Source of the DNA: Lytechinus pictus
Lineage: Eukaryota
DNA length: 64,000 bases
Direction: 5' to 3'
Assembly (NCBI RefSeq): GCF_037042905.1
Contig: NC_087249.1
Coordinates: 49,972,001 to 50,036,000 of the forward strand
The notes beneath the pieces are model-generated. The model had not been told where the DNA came from. It was given only the letters and a program-made list of their open reading frames with translations, and searched no databases. Every line of letters begins with the position of its first letter. Positions within the stretch are counted from its first letter, which is position 1. The position numbers and the translations under genes were made by a program. This document shows, piece after piece, positions 28,010 to 39,721 of the stretch.

Positions 28010-30777
28010 AAGTCAAATGATTTAGCACACCAGAAGCCTGTCTCAAGCTTTGGTATAGGGTCAATAATGTGAACGATACTCAAATAATTATCCAACATTC
28101 CAATCATAAGTTTATTGGCCATAATTTTTTTAATTAAAATTTTGTATTGTCGTTTCCTATCTGGTGCCCTCTTGTGGCAAAGGTTTTTTTCTTTAGATGA
28201 GGTCTCTTGCAATATCTTTCAAATTTTTGTGAAACAATTTTTTTTTTAAACGTGATACTTTGATTGGGCACCTGATAAATATTTTGATGTAAAATCACAA
28301 AATTCAACATTAAATTACTTCTTTATTTCATATAATTGAAATATTGAATAGAAAAAAAAATCACGTCCTCAACATCAATTAGCTTGGGGCATATGCTTTC
28401 ATATAAACTAGTAGTAATGGATTGGAATAGTGATAGTCACATTAGGGGTATTTACCAAAGCTGGAGACAAGCTTAAAGGATAATGTCACATTTTGGCTTG
28501 CAACAGGTAAGGGTTAGGTTTATAGTCACCCCTCCTTGAGCATTGCACATTCACAAAAATCACTTTGGAATTAAGGAAAGATCCTATTCTTTGAATTAAA
28601 TAGTATCACCTACATTTATGTCTCTATGCACTTTCTAACATTTAATTGTTAGAATTTTCAATAAAAAAAATAAAAAATAAGTGGATATTTATTTTTATCG
28701 TAGGAAAGTGAACTCCACAAAATACTTTTCTTTTTAGTGAAATGTTAACTAGTTCCACTATAAAACTGTTGATTAATGTAATAGAGAAAAATTGTTTTTT
28801 TGTGGATGTGCAACTCTCAATTAGTCCCCCCCCCCCAACAAATCATGGACATGGTAAAATGTTGCAAAATGGATTGAAAAAGATGGGAAACTTTTCCTTC
28901 TTTAAAATGATAGTTATAATACCCTAACATTCATAGCTGCATTATTCTGTTATTTTGAGATTAAATATTCCAATATCTATCCAAAGAAAAGCTGGGTTAA
29001 CCCCTAAAATTTTCCAAAATCCAAAAGAAACACCATTAAAAGTTAAGCGCTTATTGAAAGTCTCAATTAAACAAAATGTCTCAATTACAATGCACCTTGC
29101 AACATTTCAAGTTATATTTTCAATTATTAATAGAGGATATTTTATTTTACTGTATAAGAGTGAACTTCACAAAATGAAAATAATGTTTTAATTATAGATT
29201 TTGAGTTTGGTAACGTAAGTTAGATTTGTTTGAAAAGTATTTTCTGACGATGTGCTGTATAATTGTGCCAGACAATTCATCACTGCATTAACTTTAGAGA
29301 TACAAAGCATAAAGAATCAATGAAATTTCACAAAGCAAGAATAAATATTACTTCAAATTGGCAATGCTAAAAGTTGCATATCTAACTTCGATAAAGTTTT
29401 CAAACGAAAATGTTTCTTACAAAGATAATTGGAAGTTTGCTCAATTCTTTTGTTAAATGTATACAAGCATTTCATGAAGTTCACTCTATTTTCCAATGGC
29501 CATGTGGTAAGATGGCTGAGAGTATAGAGGGGCTTGTTGAAAGAATAATAAAATGAATTTGAAATTCACGATATACAGAAAAGAAAATGAATGAATATTG
29601 TAATGATTCAGTTAAGGGAGTTTAGATGAAAGATCATCTTATATACAGGAGATAGATATACTCTTATGACAAATGATTTTGTAAAATTTATATTGAAATG
29701 AAATGTTTTGTGAAAATGCAAGAAAATAATTGTTTATTTGAATTGAAATAAAATCATAAAGGGTGATGATTAATACGAGTGTTGTGTTGAAATGATGAAT
29801 GCAAGTTAATGAATATGCAGAGAAGGAAGTACAAAGACGGAGGGACAGGAATACATTCAAACACAATCATAGGCAATATAGAATGAAATGAATGTGATGA
29901 GTTTTGTGATGAAAATTCAACAAATTTTAAGTCAGAAAAGAAAAAGAAAGAGAGAGATGGGGGGGGGGGAGGGGATTGAGAGAGGAACGATAATAAATAC
30001 AAGTAGCCAAAAGAAGGTGTAACATGATCATTTATGATCACTCATCCAGGCCAAAAAAATAAATAAATAAAAAATAAATAAAATTCAGCCAAAAATATCA
30101 TTTCCAGTGTCTTACTAGTACATGTAAAGTTCAAATTTACCAAACACAATTCAGTATTATGCTCACAAAATTTCATTCTTAACCAAGGTTGTAGGAGATA
30201 CTAGCAACTAAAAGCATGATTTTTTTTTTACATTTCAAATTCTTTTCATAATTTCTAGTCAGGCAGCTAGGTGACTTGTGATCAAAGTTACAGCATTGGA
30301 ACATATACGGAGGAATCGCACATTTACTAAACTTAACGTCTGGCAGTGCAGATGTGCTGTATGTGCCTTGTATTCATGTGGTTCCTTGATCATTGATCAA
30401 CATACATCTGGGGCTCCTTTTAAGACGCATAAGCAGATCAAAGGGGGCTTTAGTGGCCATGCGAAAAGAAAGGAAGAAAGTAGAGAAAAGGAGGAAAGGA
30501 AAATAGAGGAGAAAGAAAAGAAGATCCCAGCGAGAGTTACGTGTAACACAGCAATTAGATAGATGTTTCACGGTACACCATGTATTCTTTCATGGGCATG
30601 TGTTGGTCCTGAAAAGGTCCACCCAAACTTGACGTTTCAACAAGTGTGTTCTTGTTGTCTTCGACAATTATGATTGTTATACTGCTGCTCGACTTACTCT
30701 GTCAAAATTAAACATCAGTGATTTGAGTGTCACTTTCTTCAAGAAGACCTTATTATACACAGAACAATTTATTCCAG

Positions 30778-31035
30778 GGGCCCATGTGACAAAGAGTTGT
30801 GATTGATCCAATCTATGAAAAGCCAGAAACGGCAACATGTAAAATGCATGTTGCTTCAAAATGTTTTCTAGATATGAATGTATATTCATACATTCATCAT
30901 TTTGGCAATTCATTATGCTCCTCTGTTTCCAAAAAGTCATTGCGCAATTTTCATGCGGGAAGAATTATGACATAGATGGATTTCCATATAGTTGAGGTTG
31001 ATCGCATCAATTACAACTCTTTGTAAGACGGGACC
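30778..31035. mobile_element. Harbinger-like ~270-bp MITE family, copy 1
   Basis: CAG TSD; GG(C/T)CCCGTCTTACAAAGAG-type TIR; homologous to the copies at 46006, 46612 and 55430. Confidence 0.8.
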
Positions 31036-31520
31036 CAGATCACAATATCAATATAAAGAGACACACAAGTGTAGTTTTTATAGTTTTAATTGTATCATAA
31101 ATAAAATTGATAGTATACACTGTACAATATATTATTTTTTTAATGCATTTTGATATTGTATTGTGAAGTGAAATCAATGGAATGTATATTTGTGCTTTTT
31201 AAATATTGTGATGACATGCATTTCACTTTGTCAACTGCAATATGTGAAGAATTCAATAAATACCATTTATCTTTATACCTAATGGGGCATTGCAAGAAAC
31301 TAGCGACAATTGCCTCTTGAAACAAGGAGTGTAATCTGTTTTGCTGGCGTTAAAATTGACACCAATTGTAAAATTGCAGCAGAATATTTGCAATTGATTG
31401 GAAATATTTTCTTGCAACACCTCCTTCATGCATCTATGACTTGCGACTCTCTTACCGCTGAACTAGTGAAACTCCTGGTAAAGGAAATTACATGTAATGA
31501 CTCACGGGCATTACGACTTG

Positions 31521-31649
31521 GGTCCTGTAACACAAAGGTTAGCGATTAATCGTACGCTTGATTTTCACGATTGATTGTAAATTGTGTTCTCTGCAATCAA
31601 TTGTAGAAATATGTCTTACGATCATTGTTAAGCTTTGTGTTACGGGCTC
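31521..31649. mobile_element. ~130-bp Harbinger-like MITE
   Basis: GGTCCTGTAACACAAAG / CTTTGTGTTACGGGC TIR; relatives at ~14690-14826, 36849-36977 and 40634-40767. Confidence 0.75.
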
Positions 31650-32516
31650 TAGCAGTCCTTATGACTAGCGGGTGTACCTGCACATGGCATGGCAGTGACA
31701 TTGTTTCACTTGACATGTATTTTGATTTCCTCAGACTTCAATGTTTATCCACTTCTGATTCTAAGAGAGGATCTTAAACGGCAAGTCCACCCCTCCCCCT
31801 AAGAAAAAGCAAGAATCCATGGGGGGCAATGTCATTACAAGGTGGACAATATGCTTGTCCATGGATTTTCAAAAGGGAACCTAAATAAAAGTATTCTTGC
31901 TTTGATCTCCGAGTACCCTAAACACATTTTCCCCACCATAAATAATGTATAGAATATTCTTTTTCTATGATAGGGTGAATTTATATATTTTTCTGCTCTA
32001 GGAAAATGGTTTTAGTATGAAGAATAGGGACTATACTGCAGGTCTTGAATTTTGCACAGGATATGAAAATATTGAAAATCAGGAATTAGCCTTATAGTTT
32101 TTGGCAATTGCACTTATAATGGTATTACCCATTGACCTAAAGAATATAAAGGCAAAATGGTCTGGATATTCTGTATTGGTGTCATATGAATGTTGATGAG
32201 TTACTCATGCACATAAGTTCCTCCCATAATAATATCATTTTGTCTTTATTTGTCAGCCATTACAAGTAGTGGAGGGTCCATCACCCATTAGGAGGTCTAG
32301 GGTCCACCAGGCCAAGTGTTACGGACGTTTGTCAAAATATACATATAAACATTTTCTGTATAGCCTGATCTTGAATGTAAACTGAAATATACAATCTAGA
32401 AAACAAAGTACGGTAGTCATTTTTAGAAACCGGAAGCAAGGTTTATAAGGCTAAGCAGAAAACAATTTTGACGAAGATCAAATGAATGTAATCCTCAGCT
32501 TTGTGAACCCTATGCC

Positions 32517-32668
32517 TTTTGGAGAAACCCAATTTCCCAGCCATTTCAAAGGTGTATAGCTTTTGTCGAGGCACACAGTATTTGGGTGAGTGATTTTGGA
32601 GAAACCCAATTTCCCTGCCATTCCCAAAGTGTATAGTTTTTGTCGAGGCACGCAGTATTTGGTTGAGT
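32517..32668. repeat. 77-bp tandem duplication in the TTC6 3'UTR
   Basis: TTTTGGAGAAACCCAATTTCCC...CAGTATTTGG occurs twice, starting ~10 nt after the stop codon. Confidence 0.9.
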
Positions 32669-32678
32669 TATATCACTA

Positions 32679-32812
32679 TCATAAATGCTTCTTGCTCTGT
32701 ATTTCGATAGCTCTCTTGTAATCATGAATCGCCTCTTTCCTCCTTCCAAGTCGACCTCTGACCTCGGCTCTTCGCTTGTGAACCAGCGGGTCATCAGGTT
32801 GTAGCTTCAGAG
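32679..32812 (-). CDS. TTC6: TTC6-like last coding exon
   Basis: ttcag|(A)LKLQPDDPLVHKRRAEVRGRLGRRKEAIHDYKRAIEIQSKKHL-TGA. Confidence 0.9.
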
Positions 32813-33228
32813 CTGAACAAAACAGAAAATTAGTTCAAAAGTTGTTTAAATTTTATTTCATTTCATTTCCAGGAAAACAATCCTGTTATAATGCCCATGT
32901 ATATCTAGCTATGACACTCATTCTACCACAATATATTTCACTTTGTTTCTATCTAAGAAAAAAAGTATAAATTTCATTAATTAGATCTACTGAAATTCAA
33001 TATAAACATTTTCTAAAATTAATGAAGAAAAATTTATGAATATAAGAAAAAGTCAAATTCAATTTATCTGTTTGGACATCTTATCTTTAAAATCTTCTCA
33101 CCATTTTGTAAATTTTCCCTTATAAATTGGAATCGATACTTAAAATGCCTACAACATGTTCATTTATCGGGGGGGGGGGGGGGGGGGGGGGGGGTCTAGT
33201 GCTGTCAAACGACACACATAAATCATAC

Positions 33229-33376
33229 CTTCACTGTAATCTTTCTCAGCCAGTTTATATCGTTTGAGTGAGGTGTACAGGTTACCTCTGTTGAAGTAGA
33301 GGTGAGCAGAGAGTGGACTGAGTTTGACAGCCTTGAAGAAATCTTCCAGAGCTCCTTTGCTATCTCTCATCAAAAC
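33229..33376 (-). CDS. TTC6: TTC6-like exon
   Basis: VLMRDSKGALEDFFKAVKLSPLSAHLYFNRGNLY...DYSE; AG/GT. Confidence 0.92.
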
Positions 33377-33751
33377 CTACAAAGGCAAAGATAGTGTGAT
33401 ACATTCAGAGTGAGCATTTGGAAAAAATGTTAATTTTCATACTTTTGCAATATAATTTAGCAAACAGAAGTGAGTACACCCCATGCAGATATTTGAATAT
33501 TTCATTCTAAACCTGTTTGAATTATATTATATTTTAATATCACCATTGATTTATTAACTTTTGCATGGGATGTACTCTTTTACATGTATGTTGGTTCCTG
33601 AGTATATCATATTCTAAACTTTGTAATCATGAACACGCAAGTATCTTGCCGTGACAAAATACAATTGTTGAATGTCAACTTGGCAAGATACATGTAATGT
33701 GTCCAGCCATGACGACAAGCAATATTTTGTAAGTCGACATGGCAAAATAAT

Positions 33752-33908
33752 GGGAGCATTTCATGAAAGCACTTGGTGGAAGTTTTATCAGACAAGTCCC
33801 GTTTTATCTGACAGTTACTATAGTAACAGTACTTCTCAAACAATCATAATCAAGGAAAGTTGTCAGATCAGACAACTCGTCAGACAAAAGTGTTGATGAA
33901 ACACTTCC
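33752..33908. mobile_element. Small palindromic MITE
   Basis: GGAGCATTTCATGAA ... TTGATGAAACACTTCC ends; partial relative at ~55885-55972. Confidence 0.6.
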
Positions 33909-34389
33909 AAATCTCCCCATGTTGACATTGTAAGGATTCATGTAATTAGTTGACTTGGCAAGATAACATGTCTCGTCATCTCATCAAGTCAGTGGCACTT
34001 TAAAGCTTCTAGAGATAACATCCAGGAGTGAGGGAGAAATGTTGGAAGTTGAAGAAAGGCTGGGAAAGAAAAAATAGGGAGTTTTTGCTCTGCTTTGCAG
34101 AGCGCTCTATAGAACACAGAAACGCCCTTTATGACGAAGGGCAACTAAGAAGTCTTTGTCAAAAACTGGTGAATCACTTTCCTCCTTGACTCTGGACAAA
34201 CGGGATGCTTACAAATTTTCGCCAGCTCTGAAGCTTGGAACAAAATGCTGTTCCGGTTCACCAATTTTCGACAAACACCTCTCAGCTGTTTATTGTTTTT
34301 TCACCAGCATTTTCAATACATTTTCTAAGTTCATAAAAGTGATCTGCATGGGGGTGTGAAAACTTAGTAATATCATTGAATAGTGATAC

Positions 34390-34467
34390 CTTAGTGATGG
34401 CTCTGTTCAGGAGAGCAGACTCGTCTGTTTCATTCAGTTCCAGGGTCTTGTCATAAAACTGTAATGC
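34390..34467 (-). CDS. TTC6: TTC6-like exon
   Basis: ALQFYDKTLELNETDESALLNRAITK; AG/GT. Confidence 0.9.
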
Positions 34468-35067
34468 CTGTAAAAAAATAAATAAGGGTCAAATAATGAT
34501 CAATTGAATATCACGCCAAATGACTGTACCAAAAGCCTACATCCCAGAAGAAAGTGGATTTAGAATATCAGAATTAGCATAAATACTTCAAATTGTCAAC
34601 AACAAAAAAATCTTATGATATAGAATATGAATTTAGTACTGTTTTCTAGTGTTTAATTAAAATTGGTAATTTTTATTTAATCGTGAAAAGCTCCAGAAAA
34701 TTGATTCCCCCCCCCACCATATTACGACCCTGTGACCTCTTGTCTAATTTCTTTTAAATTAAGGTACCAAAACCCCATTTGGAGTAAATAAAGACACATC
34801 TGCACGAATTGAAACCCCTGAGACCACATTAAACTATTTACTGAACTAAAGCAAAACATTATACATGTAAATACACCATTAAACTAGTAAAACCATTCTG
34901 TGTAACTGCTCTCATTTAAGAGTGTATCACAGCATAGGGTGGTTGCAAATTTTGTTGGGGGGGGGGGGGGTCAGGGACGCCCTCTTATGCCCGTTCAAGG
35001 TGTTAGGTAGCAAAGAGATACAAAATGTCATTGAATGACAAAGACTAAAAGATATACATGTAGATTC

Positions 35068-35247
35068 ACTGGGCATTGTGGCATGCACCTGTAATCCAAG
35101 CTATGTGGGGGAAGTTACAAATTGATGTAGGGGTTTGAGGTTCTAGCCCTGGTCACGTTTTCGGATGGTGACGTTAAAGGTCGGTCCCAGACGTAAATAA
35201 TCATATCTGATTGATACATGTATGACAAAAACTCAATTACACACACT
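35068..35247 (+). mobile_element. Candidate 7SL-RNA-headed chimeric SINE, copy 1
   Basis: CTGGGCATTGTGGCATGCACCTGTAATCCAAGCTA matches the 5' end of the 7SL Alu domain. B-box-like GGTTCTAGCCC, Meta-like core, (CA)n-like tail. Second copy at 41439. Confidence 0.7.
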
Positions 35248-35262
35248 CCAATGGCTCCTCAC

Positions 35263-35525
35263 CTGCATAAACTGCCTGTTGCTGAAGTAGAGATTAGCTG
35301 CATTGAAGTATGCCAAGGCGTATCTCTTATCCTTCTTGATGGCTGCTCGGTAATCAGTCATCGCACTCTCGTAATCCTGCAGAAACTGGTTGACCACGCC
35401 CCTGTTGACGAAGAGTTCTGCAGACTTGCCGATGCGCAAGGCACTGTTCATGTCGAGGAGGGCAGCGTAGGGGTCATTCATCTGCAGGGATACGATGGCA
35501 CGCCCCTCGAGGGCGGGGCGGTAGT
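35263..35525 (-). CDS. TTC6: TTC6-like exon
   Basis: YRPALEGRAIVSLQM...AYFNAANLYFSNRQFMQ; AG/GT. Confidence 0.93.
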
Positions 35526-36070
35526 CTGTGTATGGAGAAACGAGAGGGTTCAAGTTTTAAAGACTTATAAAGGGTTCCAAGATGATGATAGCATATGGTG
35601 GTGCGTGGCTGGGAAGAGGAATGTCAGCATTTGTTTATCTAATTGAATACATAAACAAGAGTAAAAGAGAGACATTCTATTCAGCTCGGCTATGTCACAA
35701 TGATGACATGTATGTAGAGAATCCTTTTTACACCATTTCTTGTACCATCAAACTCATCTCATACCTATTTGCTATTCGGATATTTCCGCTTAACAGGGGG
35801 AAGATTTGAAAACTATCAAATATTCCTGTTTCAATAATTTCATGCAATGGGGTATACAGCATAAATTTTCTCAATAAACCTCTAGGTACATGTACTTCTT
35901 CCATAATTGTAGCATGCAAATTATTTTGCCATGACTACAAATAATTCTACATACATCTTCAGCAAGTCATTACCATTGTGATTTGTCAAACAAAATTGGA
36001 TGTTGTATGGGACACACGTACAGAAAAATTCCTCCATCATTTCTGTAACTACAAGAGAAAGAGTACTCAC

Positions 36071-36207
36071 TTGGATTTAGTTTGAGGCACGCAGTGAATA
36101 GGTTCCAGGCTACCTTGTAGAAGCCACTGATCTGCATGTTATATGCCAGGTTCACCCGGGCTACCAGACTACCAGGCTCGAGGTGGATAGCGCGCTCGTA
36201 ATCTCGC
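36071..36207 (-). CDS. TTC6: TTC6-like exon
   Basis: RDYERAIHLEPGSLVARVNLAYNMQ...LKLNP; AG/GT. Confidence 0.92.
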
Positions 36208-36219
36208 CTGAAATGAAAA

Positions 36220-36470
36220 ATAATAATGAAAATAATAACAATAATAATAATGATAATAATAAAAGGCATTTATATAGCGCCATCTATCTAGAAATATTAT
36301 ATTTCGAGGCGCGTTGTTATTATTATTACCCCGGCTTTAGCTCGAGCTGCCTTTCAGCACTCATGCATTCAAGGAATTAATCCTACCGGGTATCCATTCA
36401 CCTCACCTGGATTGAGTGCAGCACAATGTGGACAAATTTCTTGCTGAAGGAAATTACGCCATGGCTGGGC
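36220..36470 (-). mobile_element. 5'-truncated Nin/Deu-core SINE
   Basis: Minus strand reads CACTCAATCCAGGTGAGGTGAATGGATACC core, then GGCGCTATATAAATGCC and a (TTA)n tail. Confidence 0.7.
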
Positions 36471-36848
36471 TCAAAACAATAACAACAACAACAATAATAT
36501 AGTGCGTTCATTTTGTGCACATATCGACCTTGTAAGGTTTTCAAGGCGCTTATTTATTACCCCCTGCTAGCCACCGATCGACAATAAAGGATACCGATAT
36601 AAGATTTATAGAATCGTTGCATTGTCTGGCTCTGAAGGTGGAACTGGGAGGGGTTCAAATTGGTTGAAGGACAAAAAGTGCCCCCTCTCTTCCACTGCCT
36701 GTGCATCGTATTCCACTGTCTTTCAATCATCTGTTTGCAAATATGTTACAATACTCAAAACTTGATTCTTAATCATTTATGTCTTGCTACTGTCATTTCT
36801 TCTGTTTCATTTGTGTTGCCATGCATGCAATGCATTAGTTCATGACCT

Positions 36849-36977
36849 GGGCCCGTAACACAAAGCTTAGCAATGATCGTAGAACATTTTTCTACAATCG
36901 ATTCCATTGACTACAATGTACAATCAATCGTGAAAATCAAGTGTACGAATAATTGGTAACCTGTGTGTTACGGGACC
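36849..36977. mobile_element. ~130-bp Harbinger-like MITE
   Basis: GGGCCCGTAACACA / TGTGTTACGGGACC TIR, CTG flanks. Confidence 0.75.
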
Positions 36978-37316
36978 CTGGTGGGTGTTTCATGAAGATG
37001 TTCGGAAGTTACGATCCACTTCATGAATGACTGGTGACCCTTTCTTACGAACTGATACTAAACAAATGAAAGTCATTTGTATATTGTTTCAAAAAGAAAA
37101 GAAAAGAAAATGTGACTATAAGAAAATCTTTCTGAAATAGAACCCTGGATTGAATTTGATTGGAAAGTAAACTCTGTGAGAGGTCTTGGACTACGGAGCT
37201 ATTAGACCAAATGTTTATCAGACAAAAAGCAATCAGGCAAAGAGATGGCAGGAGACTAATAAGAGAGACAAAATTAGATTCAAGAATGATCATCCAATAT
37301 TCTGGATCATCCTGGT

Positions 37317-37495
37317 GGGTGTTTCATAAAGCTGTTCGTAAGTTAAGGGAGACTTTAAGAACGACTGGTGAACCTTTCTTACTCGCTAAACCATCGCCAA
37401 TGAACATTTTGGCGTATACCATTTACCACGAAAAAAGGATCACCAGTCGTTCTTAAAGTCGCTCTTAACTTACGAACAACTTTATGAAACAGCCA
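37317..37495. mobile_element. Palindromic MITE
   Basis: ~55-bp inverted arms TGTTTCATAAAGCTGTTCGTAAGTTAAG..ACTTTAAGAACGACTGGTGA; decayed partial copy at ~36982-37060. Confidence 0.8.
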
Positions 37496-38168
37496 TCCGA
37501 AATGATTCATCAACGCTTCCTGCTTCACATGAAAAGATGTAATGCTCTAAAATCATCATGGCTCATGCAGTTCATAAAGTGAAGTAAAAACTGAGATAAT
37601 TGGGGGTCAGGCAAACAAAAGAGTTTTTATTTTATGGCATCGCCACAGTGGCATTCTGCAACTATCCCACATATAAAGGACTGATAATCGCTAAGCTAGT
37701 TTTTCCAAAATCAAAATGAAATAGAAAAAAACGTTGGAGGTATGTATGCATTAAAGGGGTGGTCCAGGCCAGGTTTAATTTATATCCACTAGATAGACAA
37801 AAACCTTCTCTTTCCTATACTATATTTTTTTTAAGAAATAAGAGGCACAGTTATTTTTTATTGAATTTTCAATTTTGCCAAAATCATATTCTGGCACGAG
37901 TCTGTACGATCCCAGAATGCAATGCGCAGCTTTTTCTGTGACGTAGCATCTCCACTTTGGCTTCGCTGGCTGCTGCTACGAGCGCGAGCGAGTAGCTAGC
38001 TAGCTAGCTATCGCTCGCACGTATGCGTATAGATCATCAGCGCCGGCCGCATACGTACGGTATTAGCTACATGTAGTTTTCGACTTGCATTGATTGCGGC
38101 CACCGTCGACCCTGTAATTCACAATTTGTTTGTTTCTCGCCGTTTATTTCATAATTTGAACAATTAAT

Positions 38169-38363
38169 ATGTCGGGTCCTGCGGGATATGCATTCCAACC
38201 AAGGTGGAATGCGGAAGAGTTGGAGAACCGTCGAAGAATAGAAGAAGAAGAGGTGGAGGAAGATCCGATCGTACCGCAGCCAGCGGCCGATCGAGTGGGG
38301 AGAAATGATCTGGTGTCGGTGCGGGAACTGCCCGGTGATGCCGACGGCCAGAGAGAGCATTTG
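38169..38363 (+). pseudogene. KolX-like (P2X7-ballast-type Cys-cluster) gene 5' fragment, frameshifted and truncated
   Basis: MSGPAGYAFQP..acidic linker..DRVGRND / WCRCGNCPVMPTARESI. Confidence 0.65.
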
Positions 38364-38554
38364 GTCCTCGCAAACGACTCTACTCGCGTTATATTTTATA
38401 TGTTTTTATGTCAAACTTGTCAGTCCCAATATTGTGAAGCCACTGGGCACATCTCTCTCGATCTCGGATCGGATTTGGTATAGAAAACGCACTTTTATGG
38501 TTATTTTCTCCCGGCCGAACCGAGCAGCCGTATGCCTGACACATAGCTAGGCAT
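38362..38554 (-). pseudogene. THAP-domain transposase 5' fragment, frameshifted and truncated
   Basis: MP/MCQAYGC..FSIP..RCAQWLHNIG..TYK/YNASRVVCED. This is a THAP C2CH motif cut within the final His codon. Confidence 0.8.
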
Positions 38555-38816
38555 ATTGCAGCTGTGAGACGTCGTGCGCTGGATTGTTGCGAAACCAAAG
38601 TGGAGATGGTACGTCACAGTCACGTGACCGATCTCGCTACATGTGCGCGAAATTTAATTCTTTTTGCCCCAAATAACCGTTACAAGAAATGCTCTTAAAA
38701 ATCTCCAAAGTCGAGTAAGGAGATAATACTTTTTGAAATGGCTCCTGTAATTATTTACTACGGGCTAAATATTTTTTGGAGCTGGCCTGGACCACCCCTT
38801 TAATAAGATTCCATAC

Positions 38817-38951
38817 CTGGCCAGAAGGACCGTTTGAGGGTGACCATAGTCCATGAAGGCGTTTCCCCTTCCCAGGTAGGCATCAATGAAGTAGGGATTT
38901 ACTTCCAACGCACTGGTGTAGATGGCTACTGCATCCTCCAATCGGTTCAAC
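38817..38951 (-). CDS. TTC6: TTC6-like exon
   Basis: LNRLEDAVAIYTSALEVNPYFIDAYLGRGNAFMDYG; AG/GT. Confidence 0.92.
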
Positions 38952-39181
38952 CTACATCACACAAAACAAAAACACAAAGCAATTATCAAAGGGGTACTCC
39001 AGGCTGAAATAAATTATATCATATTAAATAGAGTAAAATGCACCAAGCAAAACGCTGAAAACTTGTGTTACTGGGCCTATGTGTCAAAAGTTAAATTATT
39101 AATCCATTAGTGAAATGAATACATATATGTATAATTTCAGTTGCTTTACTGTTCCAACTAAATATTTATGGTGCTCTAATA

Positions 39182-39605
39182 CAGCGCTTCTCAACCTTTT
39201 TTTGCTCGAGGACCACTTTGACTCTCAGATTTTTTCGAGGCCCACCTACCAAAATTTTAAGAAAATTTCAATTTTGATGAAAAAAAAATGTTTCGTAAAA
39301 ATTTGAACACAAAGCTCTGAATCACATTTGAAACAAACAGTTTGAGAACTAATCTGCATTTGCAAATGTCCGGTAAATGGGCGACAATTGCATTACAACC
39401 ATCAGCGTACATGTGCATGCTTTGCAACATGCATGATACCTAAGTGTGCTTTAGTTTTGTTTGACCCGCATAGACTGATCGGACATACCATGTTCGGACA
39501 GGTCTGTGAATTATACTATAGTTTTTCTCTTATTTTTTTCTCCCCCTGGAGCTTCTCGCGGCCCACCTAAGAGAGCTTCGAGGCCCACCAGTTTGAGAAG
39601 CGCTG
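39182..39605. mobile_element. hAT (Charlie-like) MITE
   Basis: 13-bp TIR CAGCGCTTCTCAA; TSD CTCTAATA / CTCTAGTA (7/8). Confidence 0.88.
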
Positions 39606-39668
39606 CTCTAGTACATATGGAGTTCTGTTAATAATTTATGTCACTGAAATGACAATGAAATAACTTAC

Positions 39669-39721
39669 TTGTGACAGCACAATCCTAATGTGTGTCTGAT
39701 CTTTGGATCTCTTGGACTCAC
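39669..39721 (-). CDS. TTC6: TTC6-like exon
   Basis: VSPRDPKIRHTLGLCCH; AG/GT; phase 0 to 2, as its neighbours require. Confidence 0.88.

Larger units (their letters stand above)
37755..38799. mobile_element. Kolobok DNA transposon, internal-deletion derivative
   Basis: TTAA TSD and 18-bp perfect TIR AGGGGTGGTCCAGGCCAG. Carries a THAP N-terminus (-) and a KolX-like N-terminus (+). Confidence 0.85.

Noticed and set aside
35068-35112. Functional 7SL gene or human Alu contamination
   Set aside because: Similarity stops after ~45 nt, with no S-domain or Alu body. Both copies carry CCAAG and sit within phase-continuous host introns.
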